From Octopus vulgaris (Eukaryota): a stretch of 64,000 nt of DNA. Both the position numbers and the translations under genes were made by a program. The stretch is from positions 80,290,001 to 80,354,000 of the forward strand of contig OX597826.1 in assembly GCA_951406725.2 (NCBI GenBank). Direction: 5' to 3'. Below the pieces are notes generated by a model. That model ran no database searches and was not told the origin of the DNA. It saw only the letters and a list, made by a program, of their open reading frames with translations. This document shows, piece after piece, positions 26,403 through 39,229 of the stretch (the stretch's first letter is position 1; each line of letters opens with the position of its first letter).

Positions 26403-27040
26403 TCTTTATATCCTACTCAGCGCGGATGCGTTATTAGAACATGGAATACTGCGGTATTTGCCTTAAGAAATCATCTCATATAGATGCGCACGATGACACA
26501 TATATTGTTAGCAGACGATAACCGTCTGGCATAGGCACTGGAACTAGCACATCACGGGATTTCAATGTACTGCACTTCCTCAGTGATAGGTGTGCGCTCA
26601 CCGCATAGCAGCCAAATTTCATTGTCAAGGATATATAGAATAACATTGACTTTTCAATCACTGCCGACACAAATAGCCAGTACTCTTATTAAAACATATG
26701 AGCGACGGAAAAGCATTAAAACTGAATGACAACTTTTATCTCCTACTTATCGATGCATTATTAGAACGCCACATACTAGGGTATTCGCCTTGAGAGATCC
26801 CTTCATATAGATGCACGGTGTCAAGAGCACAAACATATACCGTTAACAGACGAGAATCGCCTGGCATTGACCCCAAAACTGTCCGATTGCGTTATTTCAG
26901 CGTACTACGCTTCCTCGGTGACAGCTCGATGCTCGTTATATACGAGCCAAGTGTCACTGTCAACGATAAATAGAACAGCAGGGACTTCTCAGTCAATTAC
27001 GTCGCCAATAAACCAGCAGAGGCTATTTGAAAGAAATAAA
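26403..27040. repeat. Diverged two-unit tandem duplication, unit ~330 bp
   Basis: Co-linear blocks TCCTACT, TTATTAGAAC, TCATATAGATGC, CAGACGA, CTGGCAT, CTTCCTC, TGTCAA in both units. Confidence 0.85.
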
Positions 27041-28149
27041 TGCAATAAGAGAATAAAATAAAACAAAAATTATCTGCACTGATTCTTTGTATTTTTTACT
27101 ATATGAGTTTTAAATAAAACCGATCGAGAAAATGGTAAATGTATCGGATTAAAGGTATCGATGGATTTAATTATGTTTGGTCTATGTTGCTTAGTAAGGT
27201 GAAATGGTTACAGACGGATATTGAAATCGCGTTGCTATTTCGAGCTAACCTCTTGGTCAGCCAGGCTTACAAAACCACAATTCTCAGTTTAATAAAATTA
27301 AAAGCTGAAGCCCTCTCTCTCACTCAAATTCCTTATAACTAACATCATTAGTTATGCTGTTTCCCCCCCTTTTTTTTTCGCTTTCTTTCGAAGTGATTAA
27401 ATTGGACAGAAGCTCATTATATGAAATGATTCATAATTATGTGTTTTTAGCATACTTTATTCGTTTTTCTAATTAGTATTTACAGATTCAAACTGAAATA
27501 ATAATAATAACAATGATGATGATCATGATGATCATGATGACGTTGAATTAGCTAATATTGTTTATTGAATCAATTAGAATGTTTAATGTTAATATTATGT
27601 TAGGCGGGTAATGAAATGTCTCCAAAGGGAAGCAGTTTAAAATCACAATATTTCTATTTGCAAATGTGACAAAGCACCAAAGACTGAGAAGTATTTTCCC
27701 TCGGCAAAGCGATGCAATCGAGTTGCGATTTCAATAACCACTTGAATTTTATTCCCGTCACTCGGATATAAATGTCTTTCGAAAACAACATGGACGTCAT
27801 AAAATGATTCTTGAGCCACCTTCAATAGATAAAATAATATAAAATAATTGCGCCCAGTTAAATTAAATTCTAGAGTTATTGAAGTTATATTAACGTTTTA
27901 AGTTCAAACCACGCCAAGGATTTCTTTAAATATATTCTTTTTGTAAGACGGTAGGATGTTATTTGACAAAAATTTCGTGGCTATTCACGGCAAGTTGGAC
28001 AATCTTGTTAAAGCGCTGTCGTTAGTTCAAAGCGACGAAAATACTTTGACAAATTAAATTTAAATGTTGAAGTGAATCTAACGGTTTTGTGTGTTTCTTA
28101 AATGGCTTATAAACACCTTCCACGCTGCAATTGTTTATATATATATATA

Positions 28150-29436
28150 TCAGATTATCCCGTAAGTTCTGTCCTATTTCACCTTTTTTAAAATTGAATG
28201 AAATTTAATAGTATTTTAGAATGTCTAATGGAATTAAAAATTAGTTTTATGCATTTGTGTACATTTAAACTAAATATTATTTTTAGCAGAATAATAGAAT
28301 TAAAATTTCTTTGATTAAAACCCTTTCTAACTTGGAAGTATCCAAAGACCATTTGTGGCACATAATGCTTTATGAGTACAGAAAAGGAAACTCTGCAGCC
28401 GAAGCGACTCGAGACATACACTCAGTTTATGGGAAAGAATGCTTGAATGAAAGAAATTGCAGAAGATGGTTTGCAAAATTCAGAAGTGGAGATTTCAGCC
28501 TTGAAGATGAAGATCGAACAGGGTGTCCAGTTGAGTTTGATGATAAGCTCCTTGAGGCATTACTTGAAGAATATTCTGCGTTGTCAGTTGAAGAATTGGC
28601 AATAAAGCTTACTTCAAACCATACAACTGTTCATCGTCATCTTCAACAACTTGGAAAGGTTCCTAAACTTGGAAAATGGGTGACTCATGTATTGTCCGAA
28701 AGCAACCGCAAGTCCCGAGTTGACATCTGCTCTTCTCTCCATTCTCGTGAACTCATTTCACCCTTTTAAGATAGACTTGTGACTGGTAACGAAAAATGGA
28801 TCTTATATCAAAATGTTAAATGTCGTAAACAGTGGCTTGGTAAAAGGGAAAAAGCTCAACCACAACCGAGAAGGAAACTTCATGGGAAAAAAGGTTCTTT
28901 TCTCTATCTGGTGTGATTGCAAGGAGTAATTCACTTTGAATTGTTACCACCTAATGCAACAATCAATGCTCAAGTCTACTGTCAGTAATTAGAGCGTTTG
29001 AACCAAGCTTTAAAGAAAAAGAGACCCGCTTTAGTGAATCGAAAAGGAGTGATGTTTCATAAGGGTAATGCATGATCCCACACTGCAACAATCACATCAC
29101 AGACGATCGAAGAGCTTGGTTGGGAAAAAAAATTCTCATCCACCTGATTCTCCCGACCTTGCTCCTTCAAACTACCATTTGTTTCGTAGTTTACAGAATC
29201 AAGTAGGGGACATAACTTTTGCAAGCCAGGAGGAGGTCGAAACTGACATTTCAAGGTTCTTCGCTTTGAAACCAAAAGAGTTTTACATTGATGGGATTAA
29301 AAAGCATGTAAATAGATGGAAGGAAGTCATAGATAATCAGGGAAAGTACATTGATGATTAAGTTTCAATTAGATATAACATTTAATCACTTGTTTTCTTT
29401 ATTCAAAATTCGGACAGTACTTATGGGTTGACCTGA
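28150..29436 (+). mobile_element. Full-length mariner transposon (~1287 bp), inactive
   Basis: Imperfect ~30-bp TIRs (TCAGATTATCCCGTAAGTTCTGTCC / reverse complement TCAGGTCAACCCATAAGTACTGTCC), TA on both sides, transposase inside. Confidence 0.95.
28332..29361 (+). pseudogene. Mariner transposase pseudogene
   Basis: HTH ..RRWFAKFRSGDFSLEDEDR, WVTHVL, TGNEKW, HKGNA, SPDLAPSNYHLF, C-terminal GKYIDD*; start codon appears as TTG, stop at 28767-28769, frameshifts. Confidence 0.95.
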
Positions 29437-29700
29437 TATTTGTAACACCTCTCTGTGCAATACTGTAATATATGTGAGAGACATGGAATCAGAGAATCAT
29501 CGCAGCATCGAATTGAAATGCATTTTGGGCTCATGAAACATTTCTTTACGGTTTGGCTCCAATATTGCAACGTCGATTTACCTGACACCTACCAAACACA
29601 TACATGCCATTGTATTAACTTGGTGCAACACACACACACACACACACACACACAAGCACGTGTTATCTCACTTCACTTATTTGGTGGGTTTTTATTAATT

Positions 29701-29738
<38 letters not shown>

Positions 29739-29746
29739 ATATATAT

Positions 29747-29777
<31 letters not shown>

Positions 29778-29913
29778 CATACATACATACATACATACAT
29801 ACATACATACATACATACATACATACATACATACATACATACATTCATACACAAATACATACATACATGCATACAGATATCTCTCTTATTTGGTGAATTT
29901 TTATTAATTTATC

Positions 29914-30014
<101 letters not shown>

Positions 30015-30137
30015 TGTGTGTGTGTGTGTATCAGATTTAAAATAGGATAAAATCTTTATAAGAATTTATCAAGAGTCAGAATGAAAACCTCATAAGGGAA
30101 AAATTTATAATTATTCCCTTTAAATATATTCATTTAT

Positions 30138-30503
30138 ATTAAGGGCATTACTACACGCTATTAGGGACTCTTAAAGTCAAAACTACCATAATAAATATAC
30201 AGTGTACCGAACGCGAGGGTATTCAGCCTTTGAAGTCAACCCCTTAAAAACAGATCCAGCCGCAAAACTTATGATTTCATAGTTGGTGTACAAATCCCAC
30301 TTTCTAATCTTCAGTGCAGACATAATCGAGACACATAAAAATGAACAAATCAGAATACCAGCCGGCGTTTGAATCGGCTTTTAAGGGTTTGGCTTCAAAG
30401 GTTATATTCCCTCGCGTTTGGTACACTGTGTATTTATTATGGTAGTTTTGACTTTAAGAGTCCCTAGTAGCGTGAGGCATTTACGTGTAGTAATGCCCTT
30501 AAT
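30138..30503. repeat. Long inverted repeat (arms ~30138-30250 and ~30379-30503), probably PLE-derived
   Basis: ATTAAGGGCATTACTACACG..AGGGACTCTTAAAGTCAAAACTACCATAATAAATA versus its reverse complement. Confidence 0.9.
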
Positions 30504-30633
30504 CTATCTATCTATCTGTCTCTCTATCTGTCTCTCTATCTGTCTCTCTATCTGTCTCTCTATCTGTCTCTCTATCTATCTCTCTATCTATCTATCTATC
30601 TATCTATCTATATATATATATATATATATAGAT

Positions 30634-30710
<77 letters not shown>

Positions 30711-30758
30711 AAGACAGAGAGAGGGGGGAAGGAGAGATAAATATGTAGATATATATAT

Positions 30759-30880
30759 ATCACCTGATGAAACACAACAAGATCTCATAATACAGGGAAA
30801 CGGTTACATAGTCAAAATACCTGCGAAGCTGGAGAGCTTCGTTGCGTGGAAGCAATTGTAGTGATCACAAATAAAGGTTC
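30759..30880 (+). ncRNA. Hammerhead-like motif with extended stem II, followed by AATAAA
   Basis: ATCAC-CTGATGA-AACACAAC..GTTGCGTG-GAAGC-AATT-GTA-GTGAT; 5-bp stem I, GAAA changed to GAAG. Confidence 0.55.
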
Positions 30881-30918
30881 ATCTGTACTCCTTCCTGTTG
30901 ACTCAAACTTATTCAAAG

Positions 30919-31024
<106 letters not shown>

Positions 31025-32043
31025 TCATAAATGAGGGGGAAAAATTAGATATTAATTTAATAATACCATCAGTTTAACACCGAGTGGCCTAGCACATAAA
31101 AACCAGGGAGACAACATATCTACATACGTACATCCATACAGATATAGACCTATGTGCATGTATGTATGTATGTATGTATGTATGTATGTATGTATGTATG
31201 TATTATGTATGTATGTATGTGTGTGTGTATATATATACGCAGGTACATTGAATAATGTAACAAGAACAGAGCTACAGAGAGAAGGTGGGAAATTGGACAG
31301 TTTCAACACTTCCAACCGTTGTTTTTTTTTTCTTCATATTTCTTTTTTTTTTATCATTGCATATAGGATAGGAAAGATTCATAAGAATATATATGTTTGT
31401 TGTCTTAAAACCTCCAAGAAAAATATCCTACACAGATGACCTCGAAGAATACAGAGCAAGTCACACGTAATTAATATGCTTCTTAAATAAAACCGAATAC
31501 AAAATAAAATTCCTATTTCGTTCTGCAATGAATTTTCAATGATTGACATTTTGGTAGAAATAAATGCAATGATATAAGCTTCATACGATATTACGTTTGC
31601 CTTTTAGGGTGGGGAAATAAAAGAAAGAAAATATAGAAAATTACGAAATTCCATTTTACATTTGGTACAATTCTCCGTTTTTTCTTCCTCTCTCTCTCTT
31701 TTTGATGCTTCTTGCCATTTTAATAAGAACCCCCTCAGGCTTATAACGAACAAGACTTGGTTCAATAAATGAAAACGTTTTAGTTTTGTCTTGGTCTATA
31801 TCTATTTGTATTATCTTTGTTTTTTCACTAGATTTCTCTTTCTTTTTTTTCTCTCCTGTTTTAATAACAGTTCTTTTCAGAGAAACCCAGAGACTTGGAT
31901 AAATTCATTCCTCCATGTTTGTTCTCTATTTGCATATATATGTATATATACTTATATACATGCACGAATATATATGCATATATTTATCTATCTATCTAAT
32001 CTATTTATCTATCTAATCTATCTATCTATCTACCTATATATAT

Positions 32044-32104
<61 letters not shown>

Positions 32105-32162
32105 CACATATATATATACACACACATACATACATACATACATACATACATACATACATACA

Positions 32163-32193
<31 letters not shown>

Positions 32194-32579
32194 GCATGTA
32201 TGCACGTATATCTGTGTATGAATATATATCTATGTACAAATGGAATAAAATGATTTTAAACAAGAACACATTTCTCAATGTAGAATCTAAGAATCTAATA
32301 AATCTTCCAAAACCAGAATTCTCTTTGGGGTACATAATAAATAGAGATTTTTATCGCAACATTGGTTTAACGGTGGAAGATTTTAATCCACCTTTGTTGA
32401 GAATGTATTTTATGGTGAAACTACCGGTTATAGTACGACCAGAGAATAATCCACCTGTTGGCCACAGCACCCACACGTGTGTGTGTGTGTGTGTTTGCCT
32501 GTGTGCGGGAAGTTCATGCGTGTGTGTGTGTATATGTGTGAATCACGTGATCTATTTGTACATATGGAAACTGGTGCTT

Positions 32580-32830
32580 CGTCGGTCAGGACGACGGCTG
32601 GTTCCAGTTGATCCGATCAACGGAACAGCCTGATCATGTAATTCATAATTCATGCACAAGTGGCTGAGTGCTCCACAGACACATAACGTAGCTCTCAAAG
32701 AGATTCAGCGTTACACAGAACATGACATGGCTGATCCTTTGAATACGGATACTGCTCATTTTTTGCCAGCTGAGTGGAGTGAAGCAACTTGAAACCAAGA
32801 ACCTTGCTCAAGAACACAACGCGCCACAGG
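32580..32830 (-). mobile_element. SINE family D
   Basis: Reverse complement of 7560-7787. Confidence 0.75.
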
Positions 32831-32892
32831 TATCAAGTATACACGAACTGATGTTCATGTGCAGAATACCATTCATATATATATATATATAT

Positions 32893-33101
32893 CTTTCTTT
32901 TACTTGTTTCAGTCATTTGGCTGCGGCCATGCTGGAGCACCGCCTTTAGTCGAGCAAATAAGAGCCCAGAACTTATTCTTTGTAAGCCTAGTACTTATTC
33001 TAACGGTCTCTTTTGCCTAACCGCTAAGTTACGGGGACGTAAACACACAACCATCGGTTGTCAAGTGATGTTGGGGGAACAAACACAGACACACAAATAC
33101 G

Positions 33102-33163
<62 letters not shown>

Positions 33164-33270
33164 CGACGGGCTTCTTTCAGTTTCCATCTACCAAATCCAC
33201 TCACAAGGCTTTGGTCAGTCTGAGGCTATAGTAGAAGACACTTGCCCAAGCTGCATACATATGCACACAC

Positions 33271-33311
<41 letters not shown>

Positions 33312-33720
33312 CACATCGACCCCAGTGCGTAACTGGTACTTATTTAATCGACCCCGAAAGGATGAAAGGCAAAGTCGATCTCGGCGGAATTTGAACTCAG
33401 AACGTAGCGGCAGGCGAAATACCGCTAAGCATTTCACCCGGCGTGCTAATGTTTCTCCCAGCTCGCCGCCTTATATCAGTAACTATATTGTCCAGTTTAT
33501 GCTCCATTACTCGAGACAACAAAGGTGGCGAGCTGGCAGGATTGTTGGTAGACCGAACAAAAATGCTGAGCGAAATTTCTTTTGGTTTGACGTTCTGAGT
33601 TCAAATTCCGCTGAGGTTGACTTTGCCTTAAGTACCAGTCAAGTTCTGGGCCCAATGAAATCGACTGGCCCTCGCCCGCCAAAATTTCAGACTCTGCCAA
33701 TATTTGAAATGGTTATTTAA
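32893..33720. mobile_element. SINE cluster: family B (-) 32893-33250, family A (-) 33316-33472, family A (+) 33522-33720
   Basis: Matches to the full copies at 14816 and 10792. Confidence 0.88.
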
Positions 33721-34029
33721 AACAGTAAAATACGAGTCGAGAGACAATTTGACTGTTATTTCTAGCCACCAGAAGTAACCCAAATCACATCTCATCCAGC
33801 ACTATCGTAAAGCGTGCGACCATTAGAGTTTTTCCTGGCAGATTTCACAATTATCAAAGCGCTTTGCTAATCTATATTTATCTCTGGTTCCCTGTCAATG
33901 AATTACTATATAGGCCCTTAGGTATAGTATTACGTAAGAGTCTATTATGCAGTTAAGATGGCCCTGATACTGGCGTCTTAAATGAAGATCATATTTCGAC
34001 TCTTGTAACTGGTCATAAGATTCAAGAGA

Positions 34030-34243
34030 ACCTTGGTCTCAAATTTTCGCATACAGCCAGCAATTTGGGGGCTGGAGGTAAGTCGATTACATCTAACCCA
34101 ATGTTCAAACTGGTACTTATTTTAGGGACCCCGAAAGAATGAAATACAAAGTCGACCTCAGCGGAATTTGAACTCAGACGGACGAAAATGTTGCTAATCG
34201 TTTCACCTGGCGTGCTAACGATTCTCGTCTGCTCGCCACCATA
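34030..34243 (-). mobile_element. SINE family A
   Basis: AAAGTCGACCTCAGCGGAATTTGAACTCAG. Confidence 0.8.
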
Positions 34244-34692
34244 AACCCAACGAAACATCGCGATAAAATGCCTCAAGAATAGGTGTCACATTCTATTATT
34301 ACCAACGAAAATATTGGTTGAAGCCCACTTATTTCAAAGTAACACACACACACACACACACACACAAACACCTACATGCGTGTGTGCGTGTGTGTGTGTA
34401 AATATATTGTGTGTGTCCCACACATTTTCATTTGTTGCCGTTACTGGGACTGACTCTCCTCCCGCTGAAATGAGAACTGGTTGTGTTCAGCTTCTTATGT
34501 AATTGCTAAGACATTTCACAGAATGGCGGTGGATGACTCGGGGGGGGGGGCGTAGGTGCGGGGGGGATGTGGAAGTTGTTGAGCGGAGGAGAGAAGATAT
34601 GTGGATGGCTTATCTGTACTAACAGCATTCTTCAGAAATACGACACCCGCGGTAAATACGTGTACGGGTACACACACACACACACACACATG

Positions 34693-34736
<44 letters not shown>

Positions 34737-34759
34737 CATACATACATACATGCATGCAT

Positions 34760-34830
<71 letters not shown>

Positions 34831-34935
34831 CACATATATTCGAAAAATTCGCATATTCACAGCAGGAGATTTTTTTATGAGCAGGTATTTATAAGTTACA
34901 TCTCTTCATACATATATATATATACATAAGTGCAT

Positions 34936-35006
<71 letters not shown>

Positions 35007-35064
35007 TGAGAACATACGTTCACAGACACGCGAACGTGTGCGCACACATACTATCACAAACACT

Positions 35065-35095
<31 letters not shown>

Positions 35096-35361
35096 ACATA
35101 CATCAGAGGGAGAGATGCGTACCCACACTGAGAAATAGATTTGCATATGTATGTGTACGTGCGTGTGTATGTTGTGTATGTACATATGTATGTATATATG
35201 CATGTACCTGTATATATATATGTGTGTATGTGTACGTGCGTGTGTGTTGTGTATGTATATATGTATGTATATATATACGTGTGTATGTGTACGTGCGTGT
35301 GTGTGTCGTGTATGTACATATGTATTTATATATGCATGTACATGTATATATATATGTGTGT

Positions 35362-35433
<72 letters not shown>

Positions 35434-35849
35434 ATGTGTGTATGTGTGTGTATGTACGTATTACGTAGTATGAAAGGCGTATGTTGGAGTACAGAAAAAA
35501 AAAGAGTATTCACATTCAAAAGTAACAGCTGTTGAGCCCTGTTGCTCTTCACACACTCATACATACAAGCGTGTGAACATATATACACATATATATACAC
35601 ATATAAGTACATCCACCCGCGTTTACAGGCATGCGCGCGCAAACGCATAACACGTACACACGCGCGCGCTAAAACAACCATAGATGTTTCTATATCTGTT
35701 ATATAGTTATGTGTGTGCATATGTGTATTTCTCTGTGTGCGTGTGTGTATGCGTGTGCGTGTGTGTATGTGTGTGTGTGAGAGAGAGAGAGAGTATGTGT
35801 GTATGTGTGTACTTGAGTGTTGACGCTTGAAAAATTAGCATCAACACAA

Positions 35850-36327
35850 TCATAATATTAAGGGGAAAGAGGAATAGAGAGAGGAAGAGAGAGAGAGAGA
35901 GAGTCATAGAAAATGGAAGGGGAGTGAGTGAGGATGTTATGTAAAAAGAAACGTGTGAAAGAGAGAGGCAGACTGACAGACTGACAGAGAGAGAGAGGGG
36001 GAAGGTAGAGGGAGAAGGAGGGAGGGAATAGGCAATAAAATGGCGACAGTTAGTTTGTTGGGACGCTACTGAATCAACAGTGTTCCTTCCTGGCAAGAGA
36101 TGTTGGCAACCAGAGATGAGGATGATGGGAGAGAGAGAGATAATTGGGTTATGCTGGAAGTGGAAAGATATATATATGATGAAAAGGTGTAGATAGAGAG
36201 AAAGAGAGAGGGTGAGAGAGAGAGAGAGAGAGAAAGATAGATAGATAGAAAGAGAGATAGAGAGAGATGGATGGATGGAGCAGCGAAAGGTAGGTGAGTA
36301 AAGTATTGATATCTATCTATCTATCTA

Positions 36328-36370
<43 letters not shown>

Positions 36371-36442
36371 ATATATATATACAACATGGATATATATATA
36401 TGTATATATATATATGTTTATATATGTATATATATATATGTT

Positions 36443-36531
<89 letters not shown>

Positions 36532-36557
36532 TTATGCATATTTATATATACACACAC

Positions 36558-36588
<31 letters not shown>

Positions 36589-36864
36589 AAGAAAGAGATT
36601 CAAAGTTATAAATCGAAACACTACAGATTCATAAGTATATATGAGTGTACGCCTGTGCGTTTGTGTATACGTGTGTGTGTGTGTGTATGTGTGTGTGTGT
36701 GTGCGCGTGTGTGAAATAGAGACAGAATGACGTCGGAGAGCGGAAGGTAAGTAGGTAGGAAAGGTAGATGTGTATATAGGTAAGTGGGTGGAGGTAAGGT
36801 GAGGGAAAAGGGAAACGTGGCTATAAATCAGAATGTATGGTGAGAATCACATATATATTAGCGT

Positions 36865-36917
<53 letters not shown>

Positions 36918-37442
36918 TAGTAGGCAATACTGAAAGAAGAGGTAGAGAGGGGGAAGAGAGGGAAGGAGGGAGAGCCATCCATACATAGATACAGATGTAA
37001 TGACAAGAGTCAGAGTGAACCGGCACTGGGACGCTGTTGAATGAACAGCCTTCACTCCCACCGTCTGATGTTGGCAGCATTCAGAGGTTGAGAAATATAG
37101 TGTGGGTGTGGGTGTGGGTGTGGTGGGGGGTCTGAGATAGGAAAGTTGGGGAGAGGGAGTGAAAAAAAAAGAAAGAAAGAAAGAAAGAAAGAAGGAATGA
37201 AAGATGGGAGAGAAAACGTAGTCCAAAAAGATTGTGGAGCGAAAAGTACTGACGACGATATGGAGAAAATCAAGGTGACGATAAAGAATGAATCTGAGGA
37301 GAGAGGGAGAGAGAGAGAAATAGGTGAGAGAGAGAGAAAGAGAGAGAGAAAGAGACAGAGAGGTGAGGGAAAGACAGAAAGAGGTGAGAGAGAGAGGGAG
37401 AGAAAGAGAAATAGGTGAGAGAGAGGTGAGAGAGAGGTGAGG

Positions 37443-37476
<34 letters not shown>

Positions 37477-37555
37477 AAGAGGTGGGAGAGAGGAGGAGAG
37501 ACGGACAGACAGACAGAGTGCACGAAAGGCTGACAGAGAAACAAAAGGACAGATT

Positions 37556-37587
<32 letters not shown>

Positions 37588-37735
37588 AAGGGAGCGAGAC
37601 AAAGAGAGGCTGAGAGAGACAAGTAGATAGACAAATAGAAAAGACAGAGACAGAAAGAATGGGAGAGAAAGAGAGAGAGAAGCAGAAAGAAAAACAGAGA
37701 GAAAGAGAGAGAGAGATAAAGATAGAGAGAGAGTT
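35850..37735. repeat. Purine-rich (GA)n/(GACA)n low-complexity tract with (TA)n inserts
   Basis: Strong + strand purine bias; source of the SLSL/ERER ORFs. Confidence 0.9.
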
Positions 37736-38190
37736 TGTGTGTGTGTGTGTGTGTACCTGCAGGAGCGCATGTGTATGTGGTGTTGTATGTGTGTGCGTGT
37801 GCATGTGTGTGTATGTGGTTCTTTTATGAAGAACTAGAAAAGTAGTGAGTGAGGTAAATGGAATTGGTGAGGAATTGTAAGAAACGGCGAGAGAGGGACA
37901 ATGAATGACGAAAGACATTGCTGTTGAGTTAATAGCTTTCACTCCCACCTTCAAGTTAGGTTTTCTGTAGAACTTTCTGAATGCTATTCTCAGTTTGTAG
38001 GAATTTTGATGACATAATAATGTAAAGAATCAGTTTTGTGTGTGTGATTGTGTGTGTGTGTGTGGAGATGTGTGATGCTGTTAAGACAGTTCTAGAAATA
38101 AACAGAATAGAAATGGTACAGAAGTGAGAACCAATCGCAGAGGAAAACCAGAACTGTTGCTTCTGAGACCGGTTTACATAATGTATGTAT

Positions 38191-38498
38191 GTGGAGGCAC
38201 ATGGCCTAGTGGTTAGAGCAGCGGACTCGCGGTCGGGAGATCGCGGGTCCGAATCTCAGACCGGGTGATGTATGTGTTTATGAGCGAAACACCTCTGCTC
38301 CACGCGGCTCCGGCAGAAGGTAATGGCGAACTTCTGCTGACTCTTTCACCACAACTTTCTCTCACTCTTTCCTCCTGCATCTTGCAGCTCACCTGCGACG
38401 GACCGGCGTCCCGTCCAGGTGGGGAACATATACGCCAAGGAAACCAGAAACCGGCCCTTATGAGCCAGGGCATGACACAAGAAGGAACAAACAGCAAC
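38191..38498 (+). mobile_element. SINE with family C tRNA head and a different 3' body
   Basis: GGAGGCACATGGCCTAGTGGTTAGAGCAGCGGACTCGCGGTCGG head shared with 19580(-); diverges after ~CTCTCACTCTT. Confidence 0.85.
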
Positions 38499-38521
38499 TA
38501 CAATATATGTATGTATGTATG

Positions 38522-38583
<62 letters not shown>

Positions 38584-38705
38584 GTCAAGCAGGAAGTGTG
38601 GTTTCCTATCTCACGGGCAGCCTTTCGAGTTTTCCATCCAAAAGTTTGTCAACCTGATATCTACATGGTTTATAGCTTTGTGTGCTTCGAGAAAAGTATA
38701 TATAC

Positions 38706-38756
38706 AGGTAGGTAAGTTGGTAGGTAGGTAGGTAGGTAGGTAGGTAGGTAGATAGG

Positions 38757-38831
<75 letters not shown>

Positions 38832-38840
38832 GTAGATAGG

Positions 38841-38896
<56 letters not shown>
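38706..38896. repeat. (TAGG)n/(TAGA)n microsatellite
   Basis: Direct. Confidence 0.95.
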
Positions 38897-38898
<2 letters not shown>

Positions 38899-39229
38899 TT
38901 TACTATGTGCGCGTGCACGCGCGTGCGTGTGAGTGTCTTCGTGTCTGTGTTTGTGACATTGCGGTTCGCTACAAAAGAGTGTGTTAGAATAAACGAGACT
39001 TTCAAAAGAAAAATAAGCCGTTGGGTCTATTTGTTTAACTAAAATCCCTTCAAGGCGGTGTCCCAGCATGGCCACAGTCCAAAGACTAAAACGATTAAAA
39101 GATAAAAGATGATACGAGTACGAAAGAAAACCTCACCAGCGTTTTGGAAGACATTAAAAATATTATTAACAACATCCTTCTCCATCTCCTTTGCATGGTT
39201 CATCTGAGATAAGTATCAGCGAAGCATCA

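Noticed and set aside
31791-32633. Longest + strand ORF (280 aa)
   Set aside because: Spans several microsatellites and ends in a SINE; no homology signal.
38191-38270. tRNA-like sequence (also 7486 and 19580)
   Set aside because: No acceptor stem and it continues into a SINE body; these are SINE heads, not tRNA genes.
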